A stretch of DNA of 63,462 bases, the filler included, from Octopus bimaculoides (lineage: Eukaryota), in the NCBI RefSeq assembly GCF_001194135.2. It is 4 parts of 4 records of this genome, joined end to end, with 100 filler letters (N's around TTAATTAATTAA, not from the genome) between each part and the next. Parts side by side here need not be neighbours in the genome. Positions count along the whole stretch, not along the records: positions 28,564 to 47,730 come from NC_068983.1; positions 47,831 to 61,260 come from NC_068990.1; 2 more parts are not named here. One strand, 5' to 3'. Positions 38,521 through 50,528 of this stretch are shown here, piece after piece; position 1 is the stretch's first letter; the number at the start of each line of letters is the position of its first letter. A model generated the notes under the pieces. It was not told where the DNA came from, searched no databases, and saw only the letters and a list, made by a program, of their open reading frames with translations. A program made the position numbers and the translations under genes.

Positions 38521-38999
38521 TATCATCATCATCGTCGTTTAACGTCCGCTTTCCATGCTAGCATGGGTTGGACAATTTGACTGAGGACTGGTGAACCAGA
38601 TGGCTACACCAGGCTCCAATCTGATTTGGCAAAGTTTCTACAGCTGGATGCCCTTCCTAACGCCAACCACTCAGAGAGTGTAGTGGATGCTTTTACGTGC
38701 CACCGGCACGAAGGCCAGTCAAGCGGTACTGGCAACGGCCACGCTCAAAATTGTGTATTTTACGTGCCACCTGCACAGGAGCCGGTTCGGCGGCACTGGC
38801 AACAATCTCGCTCGAATGTCTTTACACGTGCCATCTGGCACAGGTGCCAGGAAGGCGATGCTGGGCACATGTGCCATTGACGGTTTCGCTTTCGCTTGCC
38901 CCAATAAGTCTTCGCTAGCAGAGTTTCGTTTCCAATGAAGGAGACGACGTTGGCATGGGTGCCAGTCGTCAAATTTAATTCGATTTCGATTTCACTTGC
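38521..38999 (-). mobile_element. Retroposon family D with (GAT)n tail and internal ~55-bp subrepeats
   Basis: (CAT)n-CGTTTAACGTCCGCTTTCCATGC...GGATGCCCTTCCTAACGCCAACC; repeated TTTTACGTGCCAC units; recurs at 41389, 45660, 46186, 47088. Confidence 0.8.
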
Positions 39000-39068
39000 C
39001 TATATATGTATGTATGTATCTGTGTGCATATGTCTGTTTGTCCCCCCCCCCCAGCATCNNNNNNNNNN

Positions 39069-40196
39069 TGTATGTATGTATCTGTGTGCATATGTCTGTT
39101 TGTCCCCCCCCCCCAGCATCGCTTGACAACCGATGCTGGTGTGTTTGCGTCCCCGTAACTTAGCGGTTCGGCAAAAGCGACCGATAGAATAAGTACTAGG
39201 CTTACAAAGAGGGGTCGATTTGGTCGACTATAAAGACGGTGCTCCAGCATGGCCGCAGTCAAATGACTGAAACAAGTAAAAGAGAGTAAAGAGTATGGAA
39301 CATACTATACTTGCTGCTGCTCAGTGTGTCTAGGACTGCATTAAGACAGTTAGGAGAGGTTTGAGGGTGGTTCAGGTACTGTTTCTAGCAGACTAAGATG
39401 TTACCTGTTGACTCAGAGTGTTGCCCTGTTGAAGTTTGGCAGAATCATTCCTTCCCTGTTGAAGTATAGACTTTGTGTATTATCATTTTATTCCTTTATC
39501 ACATTACTTACCAACTTCCACAAGGTTTATGACAAGCTAATTGGGGGAGCCTCTACATGCTTGTTCGATCTGCTAGAAATAGCGACCAAATCACCCCCTA
39601 CCATCTTTAAAAAGAGGCATTGGGTAATGTGATCGTGTATAGACTGTGTATGAGAACCAAAAAAAATGGGACAGTGCTGTTGATCATAGGTCTGATGAAT
39701 AAGAACAGTACTTTCTTTTTTTTCAGGACAACCGAAATTATAAAAGCAATCATGATAAAGCAACAGTTATCTCCCTTCCCATTAACTTTCCTTTCACATT
39801 TACTCTTTTACTTGTTTCAGTCATTTGACTGCGGCCATGCTGGAGCATCGCCTTTAGTCGAGTAAATCGACCCCAGGACTTATTCTTTGTAAGCCTAGTA
39901 CTTATTCTATCAGTCTCTTATGCCGAACCTCTAAGTTACGGGGACCTAAACACACCAGCATCGGTTGTCAAGCGATGTTAGGGGAGACAAACACAGACAC
40001 ACAAACATACACACATATATACATATACATATATACGACGGGCTTCTTTCAGTTTCCGTCTACCAAATCCACTGACAAGGCTTTGGTCGGCCCGAAGCTA
40101 CAGTAGAAGACACTTGCCCAAGGTGCCACGCAGTGGGACTGAACCCGGAACCATGTGGTTGGTAAGCAAGCTACTTACCACACAGCCACCCCTCGC
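39069..40196. mobile_element. Two family B SINEs, tail-to-tail (39069-39293 +, 39795-40196 -)
   Basis: Family B sequence on opposite strands about 500 bp apart. Confidence 0.8.
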
Positions 40197-40759
40197 CTAT
40201 GTAGACATCTGTAACATAAGCACCAGTTAACTAGTCATCAACTGTAGTTGATTTAACTATGCCCTTTCTTATTTATGATATTGGTACTAACCAGCTATGC
40301 CTTTCCTGTTTGTGACCCAGGTATTAATTAGCTATGCCCCTTTTTTATATTTATAACTTTAATCTCAATCAGCTATACCTCTTCTTGTTTATCTAGGGTG
40401 CTTCCCCCTCCTCCTCTCTCTCTCATTTCACTGTCCTTTGTTGCTTGAACAACTAAAGATACCACTGAATCACTCCTACAGATTGTACTGTGCTGCCTGT
40501 ATAGGAATATCGTCAGACCTGTCTGACCCTCACTTTTATTCACTGGGCCGTGCTACCTATGTAACAAAGATAGGAATGGATCTACTTGTATTTAACCTTT
40601 CCTACTATCAGCCTGTACTCAATACACCCAGCTATCACTCTCCTCTCCCACCACTTCAAACAGTTTCAACCATCATATTTTGTTCCCTTCACCTTATTTT
40701 GTTCCCTTCTCATTATAGCAATGTTCTGTCAGCACTTTACTATTTGCTCTCATAGTTAC

Positions 40760-41120
40760 ATCATCTTGAACAAACAGAGACAATTTAGAGATAACTTCAC
40801 TGGTGTTGGTGTCCCAGAGAAATACGCATTGAGAGGTCACAACTCCAGAACTATTGATATGTTATTAGAATTTCACATGAAAGAACTGAAAGACAGATTC
40901 TTCAAGTTACACCAACGTGCAGGAGATCTAGGAGTAGACCAAGAAAAAGAGGGTTGGATAGGATCCATAGTCTCATAGTTGGTCACACATGGGAATCCAG
41001 TTGGAAAGTCTAACAACAATTGCTTCTGACTGGACCCTATGGAGGATATGCCTGAGGACTCTACTTCAATGAACCTCCCAGGAATAGTGGTTAGAGAAGA
41101 TGGACGATGGGTGGATATTG
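40760..41120 (+). mobile_element. RTE-clade LINE 3' fragment
   Basis: RSQLQNY*YVIRISHERTERQILQVTPTCRRSRSRPRKRGLDRIHSL; ends in GATGGACGATGG-like tail. Confidence 0.7.
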
Positions 41121-41388
41121 TCATAGATATTGCTGCATTACCAAAATAATTGGTATTTCAATATGCTTGCTGGCTACTGCTAGACACGTAAGAGAGAGAC
41201 TTGCTTGAGGAAAATTACAAGAGAAAATCAAACCAAGCAATATTTTTTTAAAAAGAGGTTTGTCTTTTCAATCATATTTTAATAAATATGTAATTAGACA
41301 GGTCTTTAAAAATTAAACTGCATACCACACATAAATTTAACCTGATGAGAAATGTTACAAACTTATTCGAATTCTGTTATATATATAT

Positions 41389-41747
41389 TTCATCATCATC
41401 ATCATCATCATCGTTTAACGTCCGCTTTCCATGCTGGCATAGGTTGGACGATTTGACTGAGGACTGGTGGAGCTCAAAGGCTACATCAGGCTCCAATCTG
41501 ATTTGGCAGAGTTTCTACAGCTGGATGCCCTTCCAAACGCCAACCACTCCGAGAGTGTAGTGGGTGCTTTTACGTGTCACCCACACGAAGGCCAATCTGA
41601 GCCGGTGCCACATAAAAAGCATCTGTGCCAGTGCCATGTGAAAGCAAACATGTTGGTGCCACATAAAAAAGTACCCATGTCAGTGCCACATACAAAGCAC
41701 CCAGTACACTTTGCAAAGTGGTTGGCAATAGGAAGGGCAATTAGCCC
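41389..41747. mobile_element. Family D pieces in inverted arrangement
   Basis: 41695-41747 is a diverged reverse complement of 41525-41572; subrepeats switch strand near 41590-41600. Confidence 0.7.
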
Positions 41748-41807
41748 TCTCTTTTCAGAATGAATAGACGAAAAGCTAAATATTGTGTGTGTATATATAT
41801 ATATATA

Positions 41808-42067
41808 AGGGCATTACTATACATGAATGCCTCACGCTAAGAGGGACTCTAAGGTCAAACTACCATGTGTCTTGACCATACTATACTGATGAGTAAAAGG
41901 TGCATATTACTGCAATAATTACGAAATCATGATCTATAGTTTAGTCTGTTTTTAAGGGGCTAGCTTTGAGAGTTGCATTTCCTCGCATTCGGTAAAAATG
42001 TGTTTATTATGGTAGTTTGACCTTAGAGTCCCTCTTAGTGTGAGGCATTCATGTATGGTAATGCCCT
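41808..42067. mobile_element. 260-bp MITE-like element with 59-bp terminal inverted repeats, containing an intact hammerhead
   Basis: 41808-41866 and 42009-42067 are reverse complements with 2 mismatches; flanked by TA within (TA)n. Confidence 0.9.
41880..41940 (+). ncRNA. Intact type I hammerhead ribozyme
   Basis: Stem I ACUAUA/UAUAGU (6 bp), CUGAUGA, stem II GUAA/UUAC extended by UGCA(uauuac)UGCA, GAAA, palindromic stem III AUCAUGAU, AUC site with cleavage after 41934. Confidence 0.8.
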
Positions 42068-42458
42068 TATATAAATAAATATATGTTATGGAGTAAATGA
42101 TGGATTTTTCCCTTATGAGGTTTTTTCACGCTAGCTACTTGATAAATTCTTATAAAAGACTTTATCCTATTATTGAATTATATATATATATTAATAGTTA
42201 TCGCCAAGCCAACATCGCAGTCCAAAAAATTAGGACGAATGCTGCCGTTGATTAGCTCCAAGAGGCCATCTCCTCTAGCTAGCTATGTGACTCCCGAACC
42301 TGTGTCCATTATAACCTTCGAACAGAGGAGGTCAGCCGCTTCCCTTTGCTCGTCTGGCATCTACAGACTAGTTTCAGGGTGTTGCCCCTTATCAATGTAG
42401 AGCAGCCGAACCTAGCAGGCGTCGCTACTGACCTTCTGTACGAAGGATTATTTACCAA

Positions 42459-42664
42459 AATTCAGTGGAATACATCCACTGGTTTTCAAAAATAGAAATA
42501 TTAATATGGATCAAATATTTTCCCACTCTCATATTTATCTTTGGGTACTTTATTTTAAGTAGCCAGACATGCCATCTTTTTGAACTTGTCACTCCTTGGA
42601 ATAATATATACATACATATATAAATTAGTTACTCTCATTCTTGAGACAAATTTTTTGTTTCCTA
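42459..42664. repeat. 206-bp perfect direct repeat, second copy at 46883-47088
   Basis: Base-for-base identical by eye, offset 4424 bp; otherwise non-repetitive AT-rich sequence. Confidence 0.9.
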
Positions 42665-43608
42665 ATCGGTGCCACATAAATTTGTTACAATTCTCTGGAA
42701 TGAATATTAAAAAAAACTGTCAAAAACGCCTGAAGGGTGTAGAGAATATTTATGTAAATTGATTACTAATGAGTTAATAGGAATAACAAAAAGACTCTTA
42801 CAGTATTGAAAGAGCACATTTCAATTATGAACAGTCCAAATTGACTACCATAGTAGTCATACATAATATTGTTGTCCAACAGTTAGTGCTGCTGCAGCTG
42901 CCAATTCCATCATGCTCACACACAAGTGGTTAGTAATAATAATAATCATAATATAATCATAATATCAGTCACACAACCTTACAAAAACAACCATACTCGT
43001 AATATAAATCTGGGTGAGGATAGGATCCAGCAAACAGGCCACTAGCATCAGACACCACATGTCAGTAAATCTTCCTATCTCTCTCTCTTCTCTCTCACAC
43101 ACACTCACACACACATATAGACAGGTAGGTAGATAGATAATTAGATATAGATGGGTAGATAGATACACACAGACACAAACAATTGTGAGTTTCTAGAAAA
43201 ACGTTGATAATATCAGTTTGTTGTCTTGGCTGAGATTTCTCCTAACAATTTCTCTATAGTTTCTGTGATTTTCATATTAGATATTTGGCTTTTCGTCAAT
43301 TCATTCTGAAAAGAGAGAAAAAATAACGACCCTCATTATCATTAGAAATAATGGATTGATAAATACGAATATTGAAATTTTGATATTCAAGCCTTGAAAT
43401 TGTGACTAAAAACTTAGCTGAATTCTTTCTCAACAATGTTTTGCAATCATCATTTAAGATCCACTTTCCCATGCGAGCATGGATCAGATGGAATTAGGAG
43501 ATGCAGATTTTCTATGGCAGATGCTTTTCCTGTCACCAACACTCACCTGTTTCCAAGCAAAGTAATATCTTCCAATAACCAGACATGTCTCAGACGAGTG
43601 GAAATAAA

Positions 43609-43940
43609 GGACAATGCTTGCATGATGGTGACTCATTTACAACTATTTTGCAATATCAAGGCAAGAAGACAGTAACACACACATACACACAACGGGCTTC
43701 TTTCAGTTTCCATCAACCAAATCTTTTGTTGGCCTGGGGCTATAGTCGAAGACACTTGCCCAAGGTGCTCCACAGGACAATACTTGCATGATGGTGACTC
43801 ATTTACAACTATTTTGCAATATCAAGGCAAGAAGACAGTAACACACACATACACACAATGGGCTTCTTTCAGTTTCCATCAACCAAATCTTTTGTTGGCT
43901 TGGGGCTATAGTCGAAGACACTTGCCCAAGGTGCTCCACA
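43609..43940. repeat. 166-bp tandem duplication spanning two SINE pieces
   Basis: Units start at 43609 and 43775; three transition differences; AGGA microhomology at the ends. Confidence 0.85.
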
Positions 43941-44320
43941 GGAGAACTGAACCCAAAACAATGTGGTTGGGAAACAAACTTCTTAACACATCCACACCTG
44001 CGCCTTACTAATGATGCTGTTATTGGCCAACAAGAAATTGGAACAACAAAAGGGAAATATTATTGAAAAGATAGCAAAAAACACTTACTCCATAGACTTC
44101 ATTGATCTGCTCTGCAGCCCACATAGCATATTTTGTGTTAGCTTGTCTTTCTTTGGAATTCTTTGAATGGTAAACAGCTAAACCACTTGCAGTCTGTTAA
44201 AAGATAAATGACGGAAAACGAATCAAGTTACTTCAATACTAAATTACTATCCATACTAGGTGAAAATACAATTTTCCTCGGTGACAACACATGTTGGGTA
44301 GGAGAAAGACTGAAACATGC

Positions 44321-44383
<63 letters not shown>

Positions 44384-45110
44384 NNNNNNNNNNNNNNNNN
44401 NNNNNNNNNNNNNNNNNNNNNNNNNNNNNNNNNNNNNNNNNNNNNNNNNNNNNNNNNNNNNNNNNNNNNNNNNNNNNNNNNNNNNNNNNNNNNNNNNNNN
44501 NNNNNNNNNNNNNNNNNNNNNNNNNNNNNNNNNNNNNNNNNNNNNNNNNNNNNNNNNNNNNNNNNNNNNNNNNNNNNNNNNNNNNNNNNNNNNNNNNNNN
44601 NNNNNNNNNNNNNNNNNNNNNNNNNNNNNNNNNNNNNNNNNNNNNNNNNNNNNNNNNNNNNNNNNNNNNNNNNNNNNNNNNNNNNNNNNNNNNNNNNNNN
44701 NNNNNNNNNNNNNNNNNNNNNNNNNNNNNNNNNNNNNNNNNNNNNNNNNNNNNNNNNNNNNNNNNNNNNNNNNNNNNNNNNNNNNNNNNNNNNNNNNNNN
44801 NNNNNNNNNNNNNNNNNNNNNNNNNNNNNNNNNNNNNNNNNNNNNNNNNNNNNNNNNNNNNNNNNNNNNNNNNNNNNNNNNNNNNNNNNNNNNNNNNNNN
44901 NNNNNNNNNNNNNNNNNNNNNNNNNNNNNNNNNNNNNNNNNNNNNNNNNNNNNNNNNNNNNNNNNNNNNNNNNNNNNNNNNNNNNNNNNNNNNNNNNNNN
45001 NNNNNNNNNNNNNNNNNNNNNNNNNNNNNNNNNNNNNNNNNNNNNNNNNNNNNNNNNNNNNNNNNNNNNNNNNNNNNNNNNNNNNNNNNNNNNATATATA
45101 CACACACACA

Positions 45111-45608
45111 CAGGGGTTTAACAGAATAATGGAAACATCTTAAAATTTCAAACAAATTAATTTTAATAAGGGTAGGACCGCCTTTGGCAGTAATTACAGC
45201 TTGAATTCTACAAGGTATAGGCTTGTACAAAGTTTGAATTGTTTTCAAAGGAATTTTTGTCCATTCTTCAGTTAAAACAGTCTCCAGTTCTTGTAGCGAT
45301 GATGGTGGAGGATATCGACTCCTTACTTGTTTTTCTAAAATGCACCATAAATGTTCGATAATATTGTGATCTGGGGACTGTGGTGGCCAGATAAGATATT
45401 CAACTTCACCAGAATGTTCCTCATGCCATTCAGTAACAACTTTAGCTGTGTGAATAGGTACATTATCATCCTGAAAGATTGCGTTTCCCTCCGGAAACAG
45501 TTCCACAACAATAGGATGAATTTGATCAGATAAAATGCTTAAATAGTCTTGATTATTAATTCTGCCATGAAGGGAAACCATTGGGCCGGCGCATTTCCAA
45601 GATATACC
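45111..45608 (-). mobile_element. Tc1-like DD36E (Incomer-type) transposon: 3' transposase fragment and right TIR
   Basis: FQDDNVPIHTAKVVTEWHEEHSGEVEYLIWPPQSPDHNIIEHLW has 36 residues between catalytic D and E; ends KGGPT; TIR CAGGGGTTTAACAGAATAATGGAAACA at 45111. Confidence 0.85.
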
Positions 45609-45609
45609 C

Positions 45610-46460
45610 GTGCCAGTGGAGCGCTAACAGCACCATCCGAGTGGAATCACTGCCAGAGCAGAGGTCTCGCTCCCGTGCCACATAAAAAGCACCATTTGAG
45701 CGTGATAGTTTCCAGCTTCGCCTTACTGGCACTTGTGCTGGTGGCATGTGAACAAAACATTGGACTGACTCCTGTGCAGGTGGCACATAAAAAACACCAT
45801 TTGAGCGTGGCTGTTGCCAGTACCGCCGGAGTGGCCTTTGTGCCAGTGGCACATAAAAGCACCCACTACACTCTCGGAGTGGTTAGCGTTAGGAAGGGCA
45901 TCCAGCTGTAGAAACTCTGCCAGACCAGNNNNNNNNNNNNNNNNNNNNNNNNNNNNNNNNNNNNNNNNNNNNNNNNNNNNNNNNNNNNNNNNNNNNNNNN
46001 NNNNNNNNNNNNNNNNNNNNNNNNNNNNNNNNNNNNNNNNNNNNNNNNNNNNNNNNNNNNNNNNNNNNNNNNNNNNNNNNNNNNNNNNNNNNNNNNNNNN
46101 NNNNNNNNNNNNNNNNNNNNNNNNNNNNNNNNNNNNNNNNNNNNNNNNNNNNNNNNNNNNNNNNNNNNNNNNNNNNNNNNNNNNCGTTAAATGGTCGTCG
46201 TCGTCATCGTCTTTTAATGGCCGTTTTCCATGTTGGCATGGATTGGATGGTTCAACTGGGGTCTGAGAAGCCAGGAGGCTGCACTAGGCTCCAGTCTGAT
46301 CTGGCAGTGTTTCTACAGCTGGATACCCTTCCTAACACCAACCACTCTGAGAGTGTAGTAGGTGCTTTTTACATGCTATCAGCACAGGGGCCAGAGGGGG
46401 GCTGGTAATAGCCACGATCAGATGGTGCTTTTTACGTGCCACCGGCAAGGGGATCACAAC
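45610..46460. mobile_element. Two family D copies fused tail-to-tail
   Basis: + copy ends CGTTAAATG (46186-46194), directly followed by a - copy tail GTCGTCGTCATCGTCTTTTAATGGCCG. Confidence 0.7.
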
Positions 46461-47607
46461 TACAATTTCCATTTGATTTTGGTTTTGATGTACTTGACTC
46501 AAAAAATTGTTGATTGTGATGTCTAGTTACAGTTTAATATTTAATACTGAATGTTAATGAAATTGCATCCAAGAAAGATAATACATCAATCATTTAGTCA
46601 TAGAGTTACTTCCCTGTATTACTGTTTCAGAATTCAATTTACTACAATACTGATAATCGAATCAATAACTTAAATGATTAACTTAATTAACAAAAGCATC
46701 GGCAAGACGTGTTTTCTTACTGGCCCAATAGCTCAAACAATATAGTTGTAAGTAAATACCGCTACTGAATGCCAGAATCGGTAGAGCATCAAACAAAATT
46801 CACATTACATCCTTTTTATCTTCAGAGCTTTAATTCTACCCGAGTCCACTTTGCCTATCAGTGTTAAAAATAGTACAAAGGGAATTCAGTGGAATACATC
46901 CACTGGTTTTCAAAAATAGAAATATTAATATGGATCAAATATTTTCCCACTCTCATATTTATCTTTGGGTACTTTATTTTAAGTAGCCAGACATGCCATC
47001 TTTTTGAACTTGTCACTCCTTGGAATAATATATACATACATATATAAATTAGTTACTCTCATTCTTGAGACAAATTTTTTGTTTCCTATCATCATCATCA
47101 TCATCATTATCATCATCATCTTTTAACGGCCGTTTGCCATGCTGGCCATGGATTGGGTGGTTCGACTGGGGTCGGGGAAGCCAGGAGATTGCACCAGGCT
47201 CCAGTCTGATCTGGCTGTGTTTCTACAGCTGGATGCCCTTCCTAACACCAACCACTCTGATAGTGAAATCGTTGTAATCGATTAGAATATGGTGCTCCGG
47301 CACAGTTAATAACTGAAACCCTTAAAAATAGTGGAAAGGTTGTAGTAAGTAGTAGAAGCACTAAAATTGGATCTTTTTTAAAACGGGGGCCACATTTTTC
47401 ATTAACGAAACACTTTGAAACTTGGAACACTGGTAGAATGTGTCATATAAAACATCTTTTTCTCTTAGTCTTCTTAAAAAAAAAAAGAAATCCATAAATT
47501 ATTCCATGTTAAAGTTGTCGTATTTCTGTAATTTCAACCAATCACTGACGTCCATTCAGCCGATATACATTAAGTGCCGACTACATAAACAAACGATTCT
47601 GAAACAA

Positions 47608-47671
47608 TTAACCCTAACCCTAACCCTAACTCTAACCCGAACCCTAACCCTAGGGTTAGGGTTAGGGTTAA
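47608..47671. repeat. (CCCTAA)n to (TTAGGG)n telomere-motif inversion junction
   Basis: Perfect 24-bp palindrome 47640-47663 AACCCTAACCCT|AGGGTTAGGGTT. Confidence 0.9.
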
Positions 47672-47932
47672 AGCAAATTTAAAATGAAAAAAGCAAATAA
47701 AACGAAGGTATGGAGATTAAATACGCTTTANNNNNNNNNNNNNNNNNNNNNNNNNNNNNNNNNNNNNNNNNNNNTTAATTAATTAANNNNNNNNNNNNNN
47801 NNNNNNNNNNNNNNNNNNNNNNNNNNNNNNCAACACAAAAGCACCCAGTCCAGTGGTAGATAAATATCCTTTAATGTACTCTACTAAAATAAGTGACACT
47901 GTATTAGAATGTGTGCGTGTATGTGTGTGTTT

Positions 47933-47985
<53 letters not shown>

Positions 47986-47999
47986 CGTGTGTGTGTTTC

Positions 48000-48395
48000 T
48001 GTCATTATTCAGTTTTATTTCAAGATTTCTTGCCAATAGAGAAAAAGCCAGTTTCAAGCCTCCTTCATTGGAATTTCAACATCAAGAGGATATTTTTGTA
48101 TGTATGTATGCATGCATATATGTATGTATGTATACGTGCAGATTTGTTTGATTTGTTTTATGTATGTCTTCTCATGCATATACTTGCATATCTAGACACG
48201 CTCATATATACTTAAATGATAAACTTCTGGAAAGTTTTACAGATAGTTACAGTTCCAGTGACGGCTTGGATCTGTGTTCTTTGAATCAACTTTCTCCTTT
48301 CTAGTTTAGAGAAGCCTAATTCTCAAGATTGTATTTTAGCAATATGTTACATATCCCAGTGCTCCAGTAATTATAGGTACAAACCCGAACTTATA
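48000..48395 (-). mobile_element. Second copy of the RLE element 3' end
   Basis: Aligns with 19525-19890; flanked by (TG)n and (TATG)n. Confidence 0.85.
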
Positions 48396-49012
48396 TATAT
48401 GTATGTACGTACGTATGTATGTATATATGTATGCATGTATATATGCATGTATGTATGTATGAATGTATGTATATGCGTATGCCTCTTCTGCATCTAATCA
48501 TTTAAATTATTCTTCTGAAGCAGGAGCTGGTTTCTAACAGATATATAAAGCTCCATTTTTGGAATGCAGATAACGAAAATAATGTCAGACACAAGTCTTG
48601 CATAATTTTACTGTTCCGCTTATAGCTTGTTTTTGTAATGTGCGAATCAGTTGGTTGTATGCATGTGTGCATGTATGTATGTATGTATGTATGTATGTAT
48701 GTATGTATGTATGTATCAGTGTGTGTGTATGGTTGGATGGATGTACGTTGGTAGGTAGGTAGGTAGGTAGGTAGGTAGGCAGCCAGGCAGGCAGGCAGGC
48801 AGGCAGACAGGCAGACAGAAAGGCATGTATGTCTATGTTAATATATGTGATTGTGTGCTGTGATCATTTTTACGAAGAAGACTTTTCCATAGGAATAACC
48901 GGATAACATTTAACAAACTGTTTGGGATCAACTTATTTTGATAACAATGAAAGGTCGATAACATTAATCTTGATCAGAATAAGCGGCATAATAAACGCTT
49001 GTGTACATGTGC

Positions 49013-49062
<50 letters not shown>

Positions 49063-49590
49063 CTATGTGTGCATGTATGTGTGTATTCGTGTTTGTGTGT
49101 GCATTTATATAAACATATGTGTATGTATGTGTATGTTATTAATAGGTTTAGTTACTCTTTTATTTCTTACTTTAATATTTATAATTAGATTTTTAGAAAA
49201 TAAATGTAATTATATTTTTCCGTATATTAAATAAAACGTTCTTTGATGTAATATTATTAGATTAGACGCAATGTCGGTAACCCGCCCCTGTTCCAGATAC
49301 TGGTCGGGAGAAATTATGTTACATTTAACAGTCGAAACAGTGCCATTCGGTTGTTTCTCTACCAGCCATTATGATAAGGATGTATTTTACATACACATAT
49401 GTATACACATACACTCATAGAAACATATATATGTACATACATATACATACGTATGTAGATACATACGTGCGCATGTATATGCGTTTCATTACACGTATGT
49501 ATGTGCATATGTATGTGCTGAATCTATGTGCATATATATATTATACAATTTTGTACAAAATAAGGTTTTGTTCTGTCAACATAATTAAAG

Positions 49591-49624
49591 TAAGAACCGG
49601 TTTGGCATTGCTCATCAATCTAAG
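49591..49624 (-). ncRNA. Hammerhead relic in the PLE 3' region
   Basis: TTGATGA-GC(aat)GC-CAAA-CCGGT, ~170 nt downstream of the ORF stop; C3U and G12C changes. Confidence 0.45.
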
Positions 49625-50528
49625 GGCTGCAAAAATAGACATATTGCTAGGGGGAAGACATATTACTAGATGAGATAATTGTTCACTCATTCATTTTACA
49701 GTAAAGGAGAGGCAAATCTGTAATTTTTATTTTTGGTCTGTATTTTATTCTGACTTATATCTTACAATAGAAGGGGTAAGTCTTTTATTTTTAATAAGGG
49801 TTCATATTTATTTCTGGTTTATAATTTTGGATAAATGAAGCTCCTTTATTCAGACTTACTTGTGTTGAAGTCCAGAAAGCAAGTTGATAAAATGGGAAAA
49901 TTACGAATTGTGGTTGTAATCGTTCTGCATATTCGTCAATGTGTTGGCTGAGATATATTTGGCGATATTGTGGGGAGGATATTTGTTTTCTGTGGACCAT
50001 ACATCTCTGTCTGACTGACATTCCTGTCGAACCAATATAGTTTCGATGACATCTCGAGCAGCTGATTACGTAAATAAGGTTTAGAGAGACGCAAGTGAAG
50101 TTAGATTTGATTTTGAATATTTGACCTTGTCTGAAATGGAATTCCGATCTGTCTAACAGATTGCGACATGTTCCGCAATTAGGGTGACCACACTTTTCGA
50201 CTTTTGTGTCCGTTGTTCTAAAGAATAGTTTGGCATTTGTGAGGATCTTCTTTAATGTCCTAGGTTGTTTGCTACTCCTAATGATTTTATGGTTACGTAG
50301 AATTTCCTTAAGTTTGGGGTCCTTATGGAGTATTAGAAGATTTTGGACGACGATATTAAATGCTTCTTTGTTTCTGGGGTTGTATGTGGAGACATAAGGT
50401 AGTTTTAAGGGTAGGTGTATTGTTGTGTTTGGTTTTTCTTAATGCTTTAATATCAATCGATTTTCACTTTCAATCCCTTCATTTATGAGTTGAGTTGTGT
50501 AGTGCCCGTCCTGGAACACCGACCCCCC
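49591..50528 (-). mobile_element. Penelope-like element (Neptune-like): C-terminal ORF with GIY-YIG endonuclease and 3' region
   Basis: 215 open codons 50438->49791: LPYVSTYNPRN...CGHPNCGTC...FTCVSLNLIYVISCSRCHRNYIGSTG...RQR...H; the ORF track shows only the last 76 aa; 5' part lost in gap. Confidence 0.9.

Noticed and set aside
38580-38605. CTGAGGA-CTGG(tgaa)CCAG in family D as a hammerhead
   Set aside because: Followed by ATGG instead of GAAA; no stem III, and the hairpin is not kept in other D copies
39007-39120. 52-bp direct repeat around a 10-N gap
   Set aside because: Identical sequence on both sides of the gap; unmerged contig overlap
47608-47671. Ancestral telomere-telomere chromosome fusion
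   Set aside because: Repeat order is opposite to a fusion signature, the tract is short, and it lies inside a dispersed repeat family
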